In this document: positions 1 through 12,990 of the stretch, one piece after another
Layout of the letters: each line of letters starts with the position of its first letter
How positions within the stretch are numbered: position 1 is the stretch's first letter
Source: Hemiscyllium ocellatum
Taxonomy: Eukaryota
Direction: 5' to 3'
DNA length: 64,000 nucleotides
Assembly: GCF_020745735.1 (NCBI RefSeq)
Contig: NW_026867601.1
Coordinates: 62,001-126,000, forward strand
Notes under the pieces: model-generated
Seen by the model: the letters and a program-made list of their open reading frames with translations, nothing else
Told to the model about the DNA's origin: nothing
Databases searched by the model: none
Made by a program: the position numbers and the translations under genes

Positions 1-498
1 AATGAAGATGCATTCTGTCAACCACTGCACTGGTACAAGATCCCTCGTTCCACAGAAACATGTGTTATATTCAACTTACTCTGCACTCGTTGCAATTAGT
101 ATTTTCCAATCAAAACTAATTCCAAACGTCTCTTAAGATTGCAACTGGTGCATTGTGGCAGTTTAAAACCGACATGAATTTTGTGAGAATGTGCAATCGG
201 GGAATCAGGAAAACAAAGTTCAAAATTCGTGGTGTTCACTTGGCAGAAATTGGGCATTTTCAGATTTCATTTCACTGGGATTTTAGATGAATAAGGTACT
301 TTGCAGAATCCGACAATGAGTGAGCTTTAGTCTGCTTCTGATCCTAGGTTTGTCTGAGCAGGGAACATTAACTGCACAAGACTCGAGTCCCAGACCTGTT
401 AATATTCCAACTTAACTTTACAGGTGGACTATAAGTAAAAGTAGGAAACACAATTAATTAAACGGTTGTATGTTTAAATCACAATTGGAGGAAAACGC

Positions 499-504
499 TT
501 TATT
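499..504 (-). promoter_or_regulatory. polyadenylation signal (AATAAA) of secreted IgM mRNA
   Basis: tttatt on + strand, 37 nt past the Cmu4/secretory-tail stop codon. Confidence 0.8.
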
Positions 505-540
505 ACTTCTGTTGAATCATTAAAAGCAACTTTGAGATTT

Positions 541-932
541 TTATTGACATGAATTAATAGTGTCCATCAATGCAAGTGAAATGTTCACAAAACTCGGTTT
601 ACCGCTGGATTTATCGACTGTTCTGTTGATGATCTTCAATGGAATCGCTTCATGTCCCACCACACAGGAGTAAGAAGCACCGCTGGCCCACTCCTCTGCT
701 GTAATGGATAACAGGCTGTACGTGAAGAAGGAAGTGTTCTCGCTCTCCGCCATCACCTCGGTGTTCTTGTAGTTACTGGGATTCACTGGCTTGTCATTGT
801 TTGTCCACTTGACGAAGATCTCTCGGGGGTAGAAACCTTTCACTAAACAGGTGAGGGAGAGAAACCTCTGAGTGGAAACGTCTTCTGTTGGTGGCAGTAG
901 GATAGACACTGATGGCTCCAGTAGCTTTTCTC
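541..932 (-). CDS. IGHM: IgM heavy chain Cmu4 exon plus secretory tail
   Basis: Acceptor TTCTGCAG|GA at 933/932. Ig C1 domain ([17 protein letters not shown]...YSCVVGHE). Tail [20 protein letters not shown] has an N-glycan site and penultimate Cys. Internal donor AGCG|GTAAAC at 603/602 for TM splicing. Confidence 0.97.
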
Positions 933-1391
933 CTGCAGAATATTTGAAACAAATTTAAATCAACTATAAAAATCCAGAACCAATATTGCAACTTCACCAC
1001 ATATTAAAATATGCCAGTTTTGTTTTTAAATTTGGGTTTTATACACTCTCATTTTCTAAACGAGCAGAATGATATCCATTCTATTCATTAAGAGGAAAGA
1101 GTTTAATTCGAAAGTCACCTCCATGTTTCTAACCCACAACTCAGACATCCTGTCCATTTGTCGTTGCTGTTGTTAAAAACACAAACCAAGCTTCTTCCTA
1201 CTTCATTTGACTTATAATCATAAAAGACCGACCTTTGGTCCATTTTGTTCTCAATAAGATATTTAGCTATTCTGCCATCAGACACATCTTTAATGCTCCC
1301 AACGTTATTTGAAGCCGACCAAAGCATGCCATGAATGTAACTGGATCGAGATTACACATGGAATACTTTGTTCTTTCATCTCACCACTCAC

Positions 1392-1700
1392 CATTTTTCT
1401 TGTGGATGGAGTCTCTCAGAGGAGTCGGTAGATACGGATGGTTCACCACACATTCAAAACTAACGTGACTCAGCCAGGTTTCAGTAGAAATGCTTAACTT
1501 GCTGATCACGCTGTCGGGATCTTCTCCAGGCCGGTCAGCAATCTCTGATTTCAGAGTCTTCTTTTCTTGTATCCAGGTGACATTGACTCCAGAAGGAAGA
1601 TTGGACACAACACAGGTTAATGTCACCGTCGCCTCCAGTAAGACCTGTTCTACTGGCGGTGGTAGGATTTTAACTGTGTAATCGTGGCAGTCACTAACTG
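1392..1700 (-). CDS. IGHM: IgM Cmu3 exon
   Basis: Acceptor TTTCAAAG|CA, donor AATG|GTGAGT, 309 nt, phase 1/1; [23 protein letters not shown]...W...[13 protein letters not shown]. Confidence 0.96.
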
Positions 1701-2799
1701 CTTTGAAACAGAAAGTAAGTCAATGAAAAATGCATCTTTAGGATCAAAACACCAACTCTTCAGGCTATTCCCACATGAAGTGAAGAAACCACCTTTAACA
1801 TGGCAACTTCCAACTATTATGGTTCCTGTTGTTTATATATTTTGATTTGTGAAAACATTTGTTATTATCTATAACATGCCCCGCATAATCATTCATAAAG
1901 AACACTGGCTTTGTAACAAGTGAAACCTGTGAAAAAGTAAAATCAAAGATATCATGTCGTAACACATGGAATTACCTTCCTTCCAGAGTTCTTCTCTCAC
2001 TTAAGACCATCCATTGATACTTGTGACAAGAGTAATCTGAATATAACGACTTAATTTCTATGTTCATGAAACTTACTTGCAAATGCTGCTGAGCATTCTG
2101 AATGCCAAATTACATCCCCAGTTTTGGGGAAACTGTAATTAATCATAATTATTGTCTTTGGTCTCATGCATTTGCAGAGGATATAAGGTGTTAAAGGGGC
2201 AGTGATCAGTCACAGAAATTCTATTCAATACGTTTAATGTTATTGAAAATAATTTGGATTATTGGTGTGAGATCATTCCTAAAACATACCATGAGATATT
2301 ATTATTCCTATCAAATTTGGAGTAGATCTAAAAACAAAACAGCGAATTTCTTAGTAGAACAAAACTAAACAAATACGAGTGTCTTAAATTATTCTACCAA
2401 ATTGATGGAAATTTGCGCGAGCATTAATCAGACTTCCACTGCTCACTGTGTGAACATCTCCATTCTCACACTGGGCTCAATCAGCCTGACTAAATTCCTA
2501 GCTTGTTCATCCCTACTGTAGCCTTCCCACTAGAATATATTCTCCAGCCACATTCACTAATTGCAGAGAGTATCTTAAAGAGGCTCAATTAGGTCATGTT
2601 TATCCAGATTAATCAAATGTGATACCAACTTGGTCTGTGGCCTGGTCCCATGAATGAAGTTGAAGAGCTCAATACCAGATTAAATCTATGGTGCACAATG
2701 CCTAAGGCCAACAGGTCATTCCTGAGCAGGAAATGAAGCATTGAACACATTTTGATTTATTTTGAAAAAGGCTCGCTGCATATTTTACCATGTTATTTT

Positions 2800-3140
2800 G
2801 AGACCACAAGATAGTAAGATATAGGAGCAGAATGAGGCAATTCGGCCAATCGAGTCTGCCCTACCATTCGATCGTGACTGATATGTTTCTCCACCCCATT
2901 CTCCAGCCTTCTCCATGTACTAACCTCTCTATTGCCATCTTAAGTACAGTCACTGACTTGGTCTCCATAACACTCTGCAGCAACAAATTCCACACATACA
3001 CCACCCACTGGCTGAAGAAATTCTTCCCCATCTCAGTTCCAAATGGTGCATCCTTTGACTCCGAGGATATGCCCTCGTGTCCTATTCTAGCCTATTGGGC
3101 AAAAACATTCACTCCATGTTCACCCAATCTCGGTCTCTTA
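2800..3140 (-). mobile_element. CR1-type LINE 3' end fragment
   Basis: CR1 3' UTR/tail pattern (aagatataggagcagaa...ggcaattcggcc) and a C-terminal ORF2 remnant (NFFSQWVV-like) on the minus strand. Confidence 0.75.
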
Positions 3141-3531
3141 CTATGATCTAACTTTCAAAGAAATATCTCTCTGACTCTGTTACCCGGTCTCCCCACAAGA
3201 AACGCACCCCTCCCCCACCCCCAACCCCTTTATCCTTAAGGAAGTCACCAGGCACTCTAACTGCCTCTCCAAGTGTGGTCAGCCAATATACTACTTTAAA
3301 AAAAAACTGTTAATCCAGCTCACTGTCTATATGTCTTCAATATGGAGGGAAACATGCGTTTCTGATTTGACATAATGTTGAATTATGAGCAATGCTAAAC
3401 TAACACTCAAACTGAAATACTTGACACGTTTGTGAATGGGATGCTGCACACCTTAGTGCTGTTCACTCAGTTTGATAAATGTGTGTATCTGATTCACATC
3501 GTAGTTCAGAACTCTTGTATGTATGCCTTAC

Positions 3532-3840
3532 CCTGGGGTGTGGTGATGTTTTGACTTTGAGTGCTCTCTCCATGAGTGACCTGGCAGGTATACACTGCGC
3601 TGTTGAACCATTCACCATAAGGGACTGTCAGCCGACTCATCACCGAGAAGTTCCCATTCGCCTCACACACAGGAGACGTGAAGACAACAGAATCCACGGA
3701 TTGGCCATTTTTCAACCATGTCACGGAGATTTCCTTTGGATGGAAATCAGTGATTGAACAGACGATGGTTGCAAACTTGCTGCTTGCGATTTCTTCACTG
3801 GGACTCACGGTGAGAAGGAGAGTTGGCTGGAGACGTGAAC
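3532..3840 (-). CDS. IGHM: IgM Cmu2 exon
   Basis: Acceptor TTTTTCATGAAG|GT, donor CAGG|GTAAGG, 309 nt; [19 protein letters not shown]...YTCQVTH. Confidence 0.96.
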
Positions 3841-4079
3841 CTTCATGAAAAACATTGTATAAATTATCTGACAAATTTGATAACAAATACATTCAGTTCT
3901 ATTATAACAAAGTTAGTATGGTTAATAGATACTAACCTTGATACTAAAAGCATCATAATTGTGCAGAGTGCAATAGAAGCTGAGATCAACACAATACAAT
4001 TGGCATGACGATGTGATAATGATAATGTAATGCTAAAATTAGAGGTCACAGCAAGGAAGTCAAGAGGCACAGAAATGAT

Positions 4080-5822
4080 AGGTCAGTTAAATCAGAGGGT
4101 GAGATAGTAAGGTTGGATGGTATTCATTTCAATGAAACGAGTATGATAAACAAGGCAGATGAGTTAACGGCATAAAGGAGGAAGTGTTGATATCGTGGAG
4201 ACATGTTGAGAGAGGGGCATAAGTGACAGTTCAATATTCCAAATATAATGCCTTCAAGCGAGACAGGGAAAGATGTAGAAGGGAGGGAAAGATTGTTGAT
4301 GTTCACCAGTGTGAGGGAATATTGGATATAGAAAACATAGAGAAGTGTTGTGATGTTTTTTTTCAGGAATTAGAACAGATGATGTGATATGCTGTCTTGC
4401 TGGATGAAAATAGTTATATTTTAGGGCAGATAAAATGCGTGCAGGCAAAGGATGAAATAGTGTGTCTCTGGCAATAATTTACAATTCCTGGCCACAGGGG
4501 ATATGGCAAAACTGCCAGTGTGGTATTGTTATGCAGGACGGATGAAGGGAAAAACAATGAAACCACAGGCTCGGCTCAGGCTAGCCTCAATGGTAGGGAA
4601 GACATTGTAACTATGGAGAGGGGAATTAACCTTCATCTGCAAGATTAATCAACAATTCTCAGCACGATTGTGACGGGAAATCATGTCTGAGCAATTTGAT
4701 GGTAGTTTTCGAAGAAATATGTCGATATCCAGATGATAGTAAAGATCAGAGCCAGTTGAGATCAAGTCAATTTGACGAACTGAATCCTGAGTTGTGAAGT
4801 GCAGAGGATAATGGTCATAGGATGTTTGTGTGGTTGGAAGTATATGTCTAGTGGTGTTCTGCAGGATTCAGTGTTGATTTATTGATGCCTCTATTATGTA
4901 AAAATGATTTAGAATATACTGCAGGAGATTTGGCTAGTAAGTTCACAGATAAAGCGAAAATTGCCGTGTTGGCAAGTAGTCAGCATGGTAGCTTTAGATT
5001 GCAGCAAGATACAGAAGGGTTGGCCACTTGCGCTGAGAAATGGCAAATTGAAATCATTCTGGATAAGTGTAAGGTGATGCACTTGGTCAGAAGAAACTAT
5101 GAGGTATTATGTTTTGAATGGTGGAACCCTGAAAAGGATTGCATGCCCATCGATCCCTCGTAGTATAGCGGCAGGTGGATAAATCGGCTAAGAATGTGTG
5201 AAGCGTATTTGCTTTTATGAGCCAAGACATTAACTTTAGGTGTTGGGAGATGATACTGGAAATTAATGAAACAATGGTTAAGCCAGACATGAAGCATCGT
5301 GTGTAGTATAGGACTGCATGTTATGGAAGGAATGTGATTAGACAGAAGGCAGCATTGCTGAGATTTTCCAGGATTTTTCTGGGCTGGAAGTTTTTAATTA
5401 TGAAATGTGATGAACCAAATTGGGGTTTTCCTCGGAGCAGAGAAGGTTGAGAGAGAAGATTATTGTGATGTCTGGAATTATGGTAGACATACACAGAGTA
5501 AACAGAACAAAACCTTTCCCCTTAATGGATGGAACAACGTCTCAAGGGCATAGGGTTAAGGTGAGGACAGGAGGATATCGGGGAAAACAAAATCACACAG
5601 ACGGTGTGAGTCTGCAGCTCAGTGCCAGTAAGTCATGTTGAGGCTGAGCCCCGCATAATATGTGAGAAATATTTAGATGCAAATAAGAAATGCCAAGTCA
5701 CACAAAGCAATGGATCAATTGTGGACATATTGAACTGGAATACTTAGGGGGCTGTTATTGATTGGTTTGGACTGGATGGGCCGAACGAACTTTTCCTGTG
5801 CTTTACATCTCTATGACTATGT
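4080..5822 (+). mobile_element. heavily decayed CR1 LINE (APE/RT fragments and 3' tail)
   Basis: Remnants resembling NARSI..KADEL, SKFADD/DLASKFTDK, WQIE..KCKVMHL; tail gggccgaa...cctgtgct...ctctatgactatg. Confidence 0.7.
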
Positions 5823-5897
5823 CAAATGTATTATAACTGATGACCTATTAATGTTAACTACAGATGTGCTGTTCACCTCAGTTCCCACAAGACTTAC

Positions 5898-6197
5898 ATG
5901 GCATTCCAGTGCTCTGCTTTGACCCGCTGTGTTGAACCTCACAGGAGATGTTGCTGCAATCTGCTTCAGACTCAGGCAGGGTTAACTGGCTGCTCAGGGT
6001 GTAAGTTCCCTTCTTGTTTCTCACGGATGGATAAGTCTTCAATGCAGTCGTGATTGTCTCCCCACCTTTCTTCCAAGTCACGTTGGTAACGTCAGGGGAA
6101 TAGTCCATGGCCAAACAACCAAAGATCACAGAACCGTCAGCATTGTGTTGCTGACAGGAGGAGACAAGTCCATAAAGTGTGGGAGGAGATACAGTCT
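5898..6197 (-). CDS. IGHM: IgM Cmu1 exon
   Basis: Acceptor TTCTATCCTAG|AG, donor CCAT|GTAAGT, 300 nt; [11 protein letters not shown]...[13 protein letters not shown]...YTLSSQLTL...SCEVQH, typical shark Cmu1. Confidence 0.96.
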
Positions 6198-7287
6198 CTA
6201 GGATAGAATGAACAATTGAGCAAGTCAGTTTCTGTTAATTCGACCTTATTGGTTCCCCAAATGTTTCCTCAGCTGTAAATGTATACCAGTGTGTTCCTGC
6301 TAAAATCTTCAGCATACTTTGAGTGTAATTTTGCTTCCAATCAGTCGTTGATCATCACCTATTGGTTCCCTCTTCAGAAACATGCCCTCGACCTTGACAA
6401 TGACTATATAACTTAGAAATAAGAACACTCTGATCCCACAAAAAGTAACTGTTAGAAAATCTCATCAACTAACACTTTCATTGGATTGCAGGTGACGAGC
6501 AGAGACGTTTCACAAAATGCAAACCAAGAAAACGTGGAAGTTGGAATTGGAAATGAAAACTGAAGTTACTGGAGAAACCCAACAACTGGCAGCATCTGTG
6601 GAGAGAAACCAGAGTGAACGTTTCGAGTCCAGTATCCCTTCGTCGCTTATCAATGTCAATCAGAATCTACTCTCTCTAAAGAAGGCAGTTGCAGGGCACT
6701 GGGACTGAGAGAATGTCTGTCACAGCTGATATCATGCTCATTATCTGGAAGCTCAATGATCGACTTCACAATTATCTGAATTCTGAAGGACTCTGAAACA
6801 TAGAGGACCATTAAGGTTCAGAGACTTTGGAGTGTGACAGCTAGCTGAACTGAGCATTTACGTGAAAATGATTTGAGAAATGAACAAGTACTCTTTTACT
6901 TCAATAACTATCAAACTTACAAGCAGTTCATGGTAAAACTCTAATCTCTCAGACTAACCACCGCTCTGACTCTCTGTCTCAACCTCAATTTTCACTCACA
7001 TTGACAACCCCTACACTGTTACACGCTCATTCACCCTCGGAACACTCGAGCCTCATCACAAGAGATAACACACATTCAAGGCAATCCATATTCCAGACGA
7101 GAATGTAATCTCGATTCCTTTCACTCAATTCCACTCCTGCTACACTGCATCTGGTTCGTGGTGAATCTAGTCCTGACACCAGACTTTTCACAGCCCCTGA
7201 CAGGATGCCACTTCCCCAGATATGACCTCAGACCTTCACCACTGACCTCTCATCTCACCCAAGTCAACCTGTGCACATTGCACCCTA

Positions 7288-7880
7288 GCTGAAAATGTGT
7301 TGCTGGAAAAGCGCAGCAGGTCAGGCAGCATCCAAGGAGCAGGGGAGTCGACGTTTCGGACATGAGCCCTTCTTCAGGAATGAGGAGAATGTACCAAGCA
7401 GGCTAAGATAAAAAAGTAGGGAGGTGGGACTTGGTGGAGGGGCGTTGGAAACGCGATAAGTGGAAGGAGGTCAAGGAGACGGTGACAGGCCTGAGTGGGG
7501 GTGGGGGTGGAGAGGTCAGGAAGAAGATTGCAGGTTAGGAAGGTGGTGCTGAGTTCGAGGGTTCGGACTGAGACAAGGTGGGGGGAGGGGAAATGAGGAA
7601 ACTGGAGAAATCTGAGTTCATCCCTTGTGGTTGGAGGGTTCCTAGGCGGAAGATGAGGTGCTCTTCCTCCAGCCGTCGTGTTGCTATGGTCTGGCGGGGG
7701 AGGAGTCCAAGGACCTGCATGTCCTTGGTGGAGTTGGAGGGGGAGTTGGAGTGTTGAGCCACGGGGTGGTTGGGTTGGTTGGTCCGGGTGTCCCAGAGGT
7801 GTTACCTGAAACGTTCCGTGAGTAGGCGGCCAGTCTCCCCAATATAGAGGAGGCCACATCGGGTGCAGCGGATGCAGTAA
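7288..7880 (-). mobile_element. Penelope-like element 3' part (GIY-YIG endonuclease remnant plus tail with hammerhead core at 7350-7377)
   Basis: Minus strand reads CIRCTRCGLLYIGETGRLLTERFR*HLWDTR...LIFRLGTLQPQGMN (in-frame stop); tail CTGAAGAAGGGCTCATGTCCGAAACGTC. Confidence 0.85.
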
Positions 7881-8004
7881 ATTTTTTCCACACTGCATCC
7901 TAGCTCTGTTCCCATCTGCCCTACGTCACACTCCAAGCTTTACATTTTGACATCATATCCACTTGCCACATCAGTACAGCGCCCTTGTGTCCCCAAAACA
8001 GCCC

Positions 8005-8640
8005 AGCCGATCAACTAACCTTCCCGACACCCTGCCCACCTCTTAACTAACCAACCCGGCAGCCTGCCCAGCTTTCAGCTAGAGAGTCTGACACCTTGAC
8101 AACCTCTAAACTAGCTAATCTGACTCACTTCTAAGATCTCAACTAACCAGTTCAACACCCTGCCAAATTCTCAACTAACTAGCTTGACACGCTGCCCAAG
8201 TCTTAGCTAACCAAGGAGCCACACTGCCTCCTCTCAATTAACCAACCCGACAGACTGCTCACCTCTCAACTAACCAGTCCAACACACTGCCCACCTCTTA
8301 AATAACCAGTCTGAGACCCTGCCATCCTCTCGATTAACCAGTCTGACACCCTGCCAACCTCTTAACTAACCAGCCCGACAGTCTGCACATCTCTCAACTA
8401 ACCAGTCTGATGTCCTGCCAATGTCTGAACTAACCAGTCTGACACCTGTTTATCACTCAAATAACCAACCTGACTCCCTCCCCACATCACAACCGACCAG
8501 CCTTGCACACTGTTGACCTCTCAACAAATTGGCCTGGCACCCTGCCCACCTCCAACTAACCAGCCCCGCATCCTCCTCAGCTCTCAACTAGCCAGCCCTG
8601 CAGCCTGCTGGCCACTCAATTAACCATCTTGGCACCAGGG
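8005..8640. repeat. degenerate 32-bp tandem repeat, ~20 copies, in J-Cmu intron
   Basis: TAACC-like anchor recurs at 8016, 8048, 8080, 8112, 8144, 8176, 8208, 8239, 8271, 8303, 8335, 8367, 8399, 8431, 8462, 8494, ~8526, 8557, 8589, 8621; consensus ~CTCAACTAACCAGTCTGACACCCTGCCCACCT. Confidence 0.93.
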
Positions 8641-8879
8641 AGACACCCTGCATTGCTGCTCAAACGACCCCTCACCAACCAAGCACAATGCGACCAAGTT
8701 ATTTCCTTGTGACCATTATGATTTGCTTTGATGCCAGCCTGCCAGACTAGGTGCATGCAAGCTTACTGAGCAGCCACCCAACATCTCACGGCCTATCAGC
8801 TCAAAATCTACCACATCACCAACCTATCTTCTCACTAGATCTGCAGCTTCCAACTTTCAGCGTACTCCACATTAAATCA

Positions 8880-9680
8880 GAGATTTAGAGAGTCATATAA
8901 CACAGAAACAGGCCCTTCAGCCCAGCTCGACCATGACAACCAAGGTTCCCAAATTAAACAAATTCCATTGTGTTTCATTTGACCCATATCTATCCAGATC
9001 TAATCAGTTCCTGCACCTGTCCAAATGTATTGGAAATATTGTAACTGGATCTGCATTTGTCACTTCCTCCAGCAGTTCATTCCAATGTCAGGTACAGTTG
9101 CAACACAAAATCCCAACCTTTATACTCAATGCTCTGTGCAATGAGGACACAATTTACAAACACATTCTTCAACACGCCAGCTACTTGAGAAACCACTTTC
9201 AACAATATATGTATCTGATCCCTCAGGTCACTGTGTTCGACAAAGCTATCCATTGCCATATAATTAACTCTTAATGATCAATGTTCCTGAATCACAACCC
9301 AGTGCACTACCATTCATTTTAAGTTGTGACCTGATTTCTCTTCCCAAAATACAATGAGTCATATTCAGTTGAATCTGAACTCTATTTGTACCCTCCTCTG
9401 CCCATTGGCCCAGCTGATCATGATCTCGTTGTACTTTTAGATAACCTTTATTGTCAATTATACAAACAATTTTGCTTTCATGTGCAAACTAAACAACCAT
9501 GCCCCATTTAATGGTTTCACAATTTTTAATCAACATTGCACATGGTTCACCTTTTTCCCCCACATACCTATTGTTTCCTTCAACACTTGAAAAAACTATC
9601 ACCTTCATGAAATCATTTGATGTTTTGACCTCAACCCCTTTCTGTGACAGAGAAATCCAAAGGTTCATTCTTTAGTTAAA
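8880..9680 (-). mobile_element. decayed CR1 LINE fragments
   Basis: CR1 3' tail start (agagtcatataacacagaaacaggcccttcagccc) followed by RT-region remnants. Confidence 0.6.
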
Positions 9681-12600
9681 CAGTACACAAAAGGATTCAA
9701 CCTTATCATCTGTGGGTAAGACTGTTGACTGTTCCTCCAAACGTCACTACATTTTGACTTGCAATTCGTTCATTGCCCCTTTACTCTTTCTAGGTCATAG
9801 CCATGGAACTCGCTTCCTGACAGAGCTGTGAAAATGTGAATACCACACAAATGTCAGAAAGTGAAGGAGGCCAAAGTCGACTGATCCCTCAAGGAGACGT
9901 AAAATGCCTAACATTTCCACGCCTATCTACAGATGCAAATAACTACTAGAAAAAGTGAAGATGATTCTGGCGCCTGTGTGTCCACACAAAGATGACGTGC
10001 TTAATAGTTTCACTTTGTGTCGTTTGATTGTATTTCCAGTGAACTACTTCTTACTCATTTAATGGACAAGAAGCTTTCCTCATTTTTAGCACGGCAATCA
10101 TACTTTATACTTCCCTGGAATAAAGATATATAATGTTCAATTAAAGGGATCTGACGATTGGGATGATTGGGTTGGAAATTGTCAGAAACTAAAAACTTGT
10201 TTTCACGAGCAATTAATTACAACCTCATTTGTCACATTACATACTCACACAAATGCCTTTCAGAAATAGTGTCTCCCTCTGTTATGTGCAGTTGAATCAT
10301 TAAATCTGATTCAATAATTCTATACAGCAGCCATTGCCCTCTGGAACAGGTTGTTACTTCATCATACAGTTTCTTCTGAAATTATGGCTCTACATGAGAT
10401 CATTCACTTTCAACGATGACCTGCTATTAAATATTTCTGAAAATTCACAATTTGGTAAAACATATTTTGTCTCTGAACAACTTGTTTCCTAAAAAGGGCT
10501 TCATTTTTAAATGAAACAACAAACTTTGAATGCTAGAAATCCGAAATAAAAACAGAATTCTCTGAAGAAAATCGGCAGGTCTGGCAGCTCTTGTGGAGAG
10601 AAAGGAAGCTTAACATTTCAAGTGCAGTGATCCTTCTTCAGCAAATTGTTTTCATATTCTCCCGCACGAGAACTTATACCTATTGGGTTAGACAGTGATT
10701 AAGTTTACCTGACTTCTGTTGGAAAAGCACTATAAGAAGATGCACTGGGTGATCTGAGATATCCATTGAAGACTAGTTGAAAAGCTACCACCAAAGTGTT
10801 GGATTCAACCAAAATCCCACTGGACTGAACAGTCAAATTCAGTCACAGTAATGGTTTGATACAAACGAAAACTGCTCCGACTTAATATCATCAAATATGC
10901 TTTGGAAATAATTAATTGTGGTTTAGTTATAAATGGTATTGATAGAACAGCAAGTCAAGATCCCGAATTTCTTTGAGGAATTACACTATTAACTCAACAA
11001 ACAATTCCTAAAAGCCTGTGAACGAACATTGATTTGAAAAAGGCTGCAAACCGCAAACTTCTGTCTAATACCCGAGGCCCAAGTCTGGACAGCTTTTAAA
11101 TCGATTTCACAGGCCCCTGTGAGTGGACTTCCAATAATACTCAAAGAATTCAATGTGTTTTCCCCAGAAATAGCTGGATAAGACATGGTATTACATTCCT
11201 CACTAACACGTTGTAAATGTACACAATACATATGTCTCAGAGACAGAGACACTACCACTACATTATACCAGATCTGAACACAATCTCCCACATCACAGAC
11301 CACCGGTTTGAGAGTGCTCAAATTTGTTAATAATTAACCCAGGATTTCAGCAACCAGGGATTGTTACAAAATGCTTACCCGATGAAAGTAGCATTTCAAC
11401 AATTATCCAAGAATGATTTGATAGCAATTCTGAATTGTTCAAGCTCTATGGGAACTATAGAGGAATAAAACTAGGATTTGCGCTGCCATAAATTTACTGT
11501 CACTGGATTTCAACTGAGAACTCCCTTCCTCTTACCCTGTGTATGTTGCTGCACCAGATGGTCTGCTTAGCTTGAAATAGATTAGAGTCTTTAGAAGTGT
11601 AACATCACCTCTACCAGTAACATTACATGCTGACAATAAGTTCTTAATAATTCGATTCTACATTGTGCCACTAAATGTGTCACGGACAAGAGAGGCACAA
11701 AGAAAATATACAGTATATTTCCCTCTGTCTCACTGAATGATATATCCTTCATTGCTAACAACTGACTTCAGGGTCTTACAACTTGACTTTTGTTACTGAA
11801 GTGTTTATTCTGATTGTAACATTTCAGTCAGGTCTCTCAATTCTGTGGTGACTAACTTCTGGCAGACAAAAGTGGTTTCGAAGCACCACATGACATTGAA
11901 CTGTCTGAGACACAGGTGTCTGAACTGGTCGATTTACAACTGGTCAGGAACAGCTGACAACTCGGTCGAGATAACACGGGAACACACCGTAAAACAGTTC
12001 TGATCTGAACAGATATATCTGCTCAATTCGTCACATCAAATGTATTCACTGTAATTTAACTTTCATGATAGGGACTAGCCAGAGAGAAAGCATCAATGCT
12101 TCTCAGAACGTTTTCACAATGAAGTAAGATTCCCTACTGATTTAATAAACTCAATAGTGATTGTAAATAAGAAACTTATTGACGTGTACCATTTCGCCAA
12201 TTGAAGCACAGTTCCGAGGGAAATAGAAAATTCTCCAAATTATTTCTGCATATTCTTAAAATATTTCTTGAACTTTGGAAATTTTGCACACACTGCTCAA
12301 ACCCAATACTGCATTCCATTGTGTAAATGCATATCTGATAGATACATTAGGGCAAGTATTTACTCTCAGATGTGCTTGGTAATGGCAAGTTATTTTCCTT
12401 GATCGCTCTTTCTAATGAACGATTTTTTTAAAAAAAAGAAAGTGTATGAATTGAAAACAGTTTCTGTCTGCATTCACTGCTTTAACTGATGTCGAAATAA
12501 ATGATCATCAATACTCAACTAATATGAGCAATCTCATTCAGATTGTTACATTACAGAAATCGCACCAGTATATTAATTGAAGTAAATATTACTCTGTTCT

Positions 12601-12702
12601 CAGTGTTTAAATAAGCAATGTGCTCTACTACCCTCCAGTTCCTGTCTTCTCTAAACATGTGAATTCTTCTTCTGTCGGAAAGCATAGGCATAAAAGACAA
12701 AA

Positions 12703-12990
12703 GGGTGGCACGGTGGCTCAGTGGTCAGCACTGCTGCCTCACAGTGCTACGGAATCCGGATTCAACTCCCACCTCGGGCAACAGTCTGTGGGAAGTTTGC
12801 AGATACCCCCGTGTCTGGGTGGGATTCTTGCGGATGCTCCCGTTTCCTCCCACAGTCCAAAGATGGGTAGGCTAGGTGAATTGGCCAAGCTAAATTGCCG
12901 ATACTGCCCGGGGTGAATGTACCTGGGCAGGTGTTTTGAGGAGGGTCAATTTGGACTTATTGGGCCGAAAGGAATACTGTAGGGAATCTT
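12703..12990 (+). mobile_element. tRNA-derived shark SINE (HE1-like)
   Basis: Head gggtggcacggtggctcagtggtcagcactgctgcctcacag with A/B-box-like motifs, core tttcctcccacagtccaaagatg...gaattggcca. Confidence 0.85.

Noticed and set aside
1-540. IgM transmembrane exons
   Set aside because: No hydrophobic TM-like exon found. The internal donor at 603/602 implies they lie beyond the left edge of the window.
8005-8640. CRISPR-like interpretation of the 32-bp periodicity
   Set aside because: Eukaryotic context, head-to-tail units with no unique spacers, and no cas genes.
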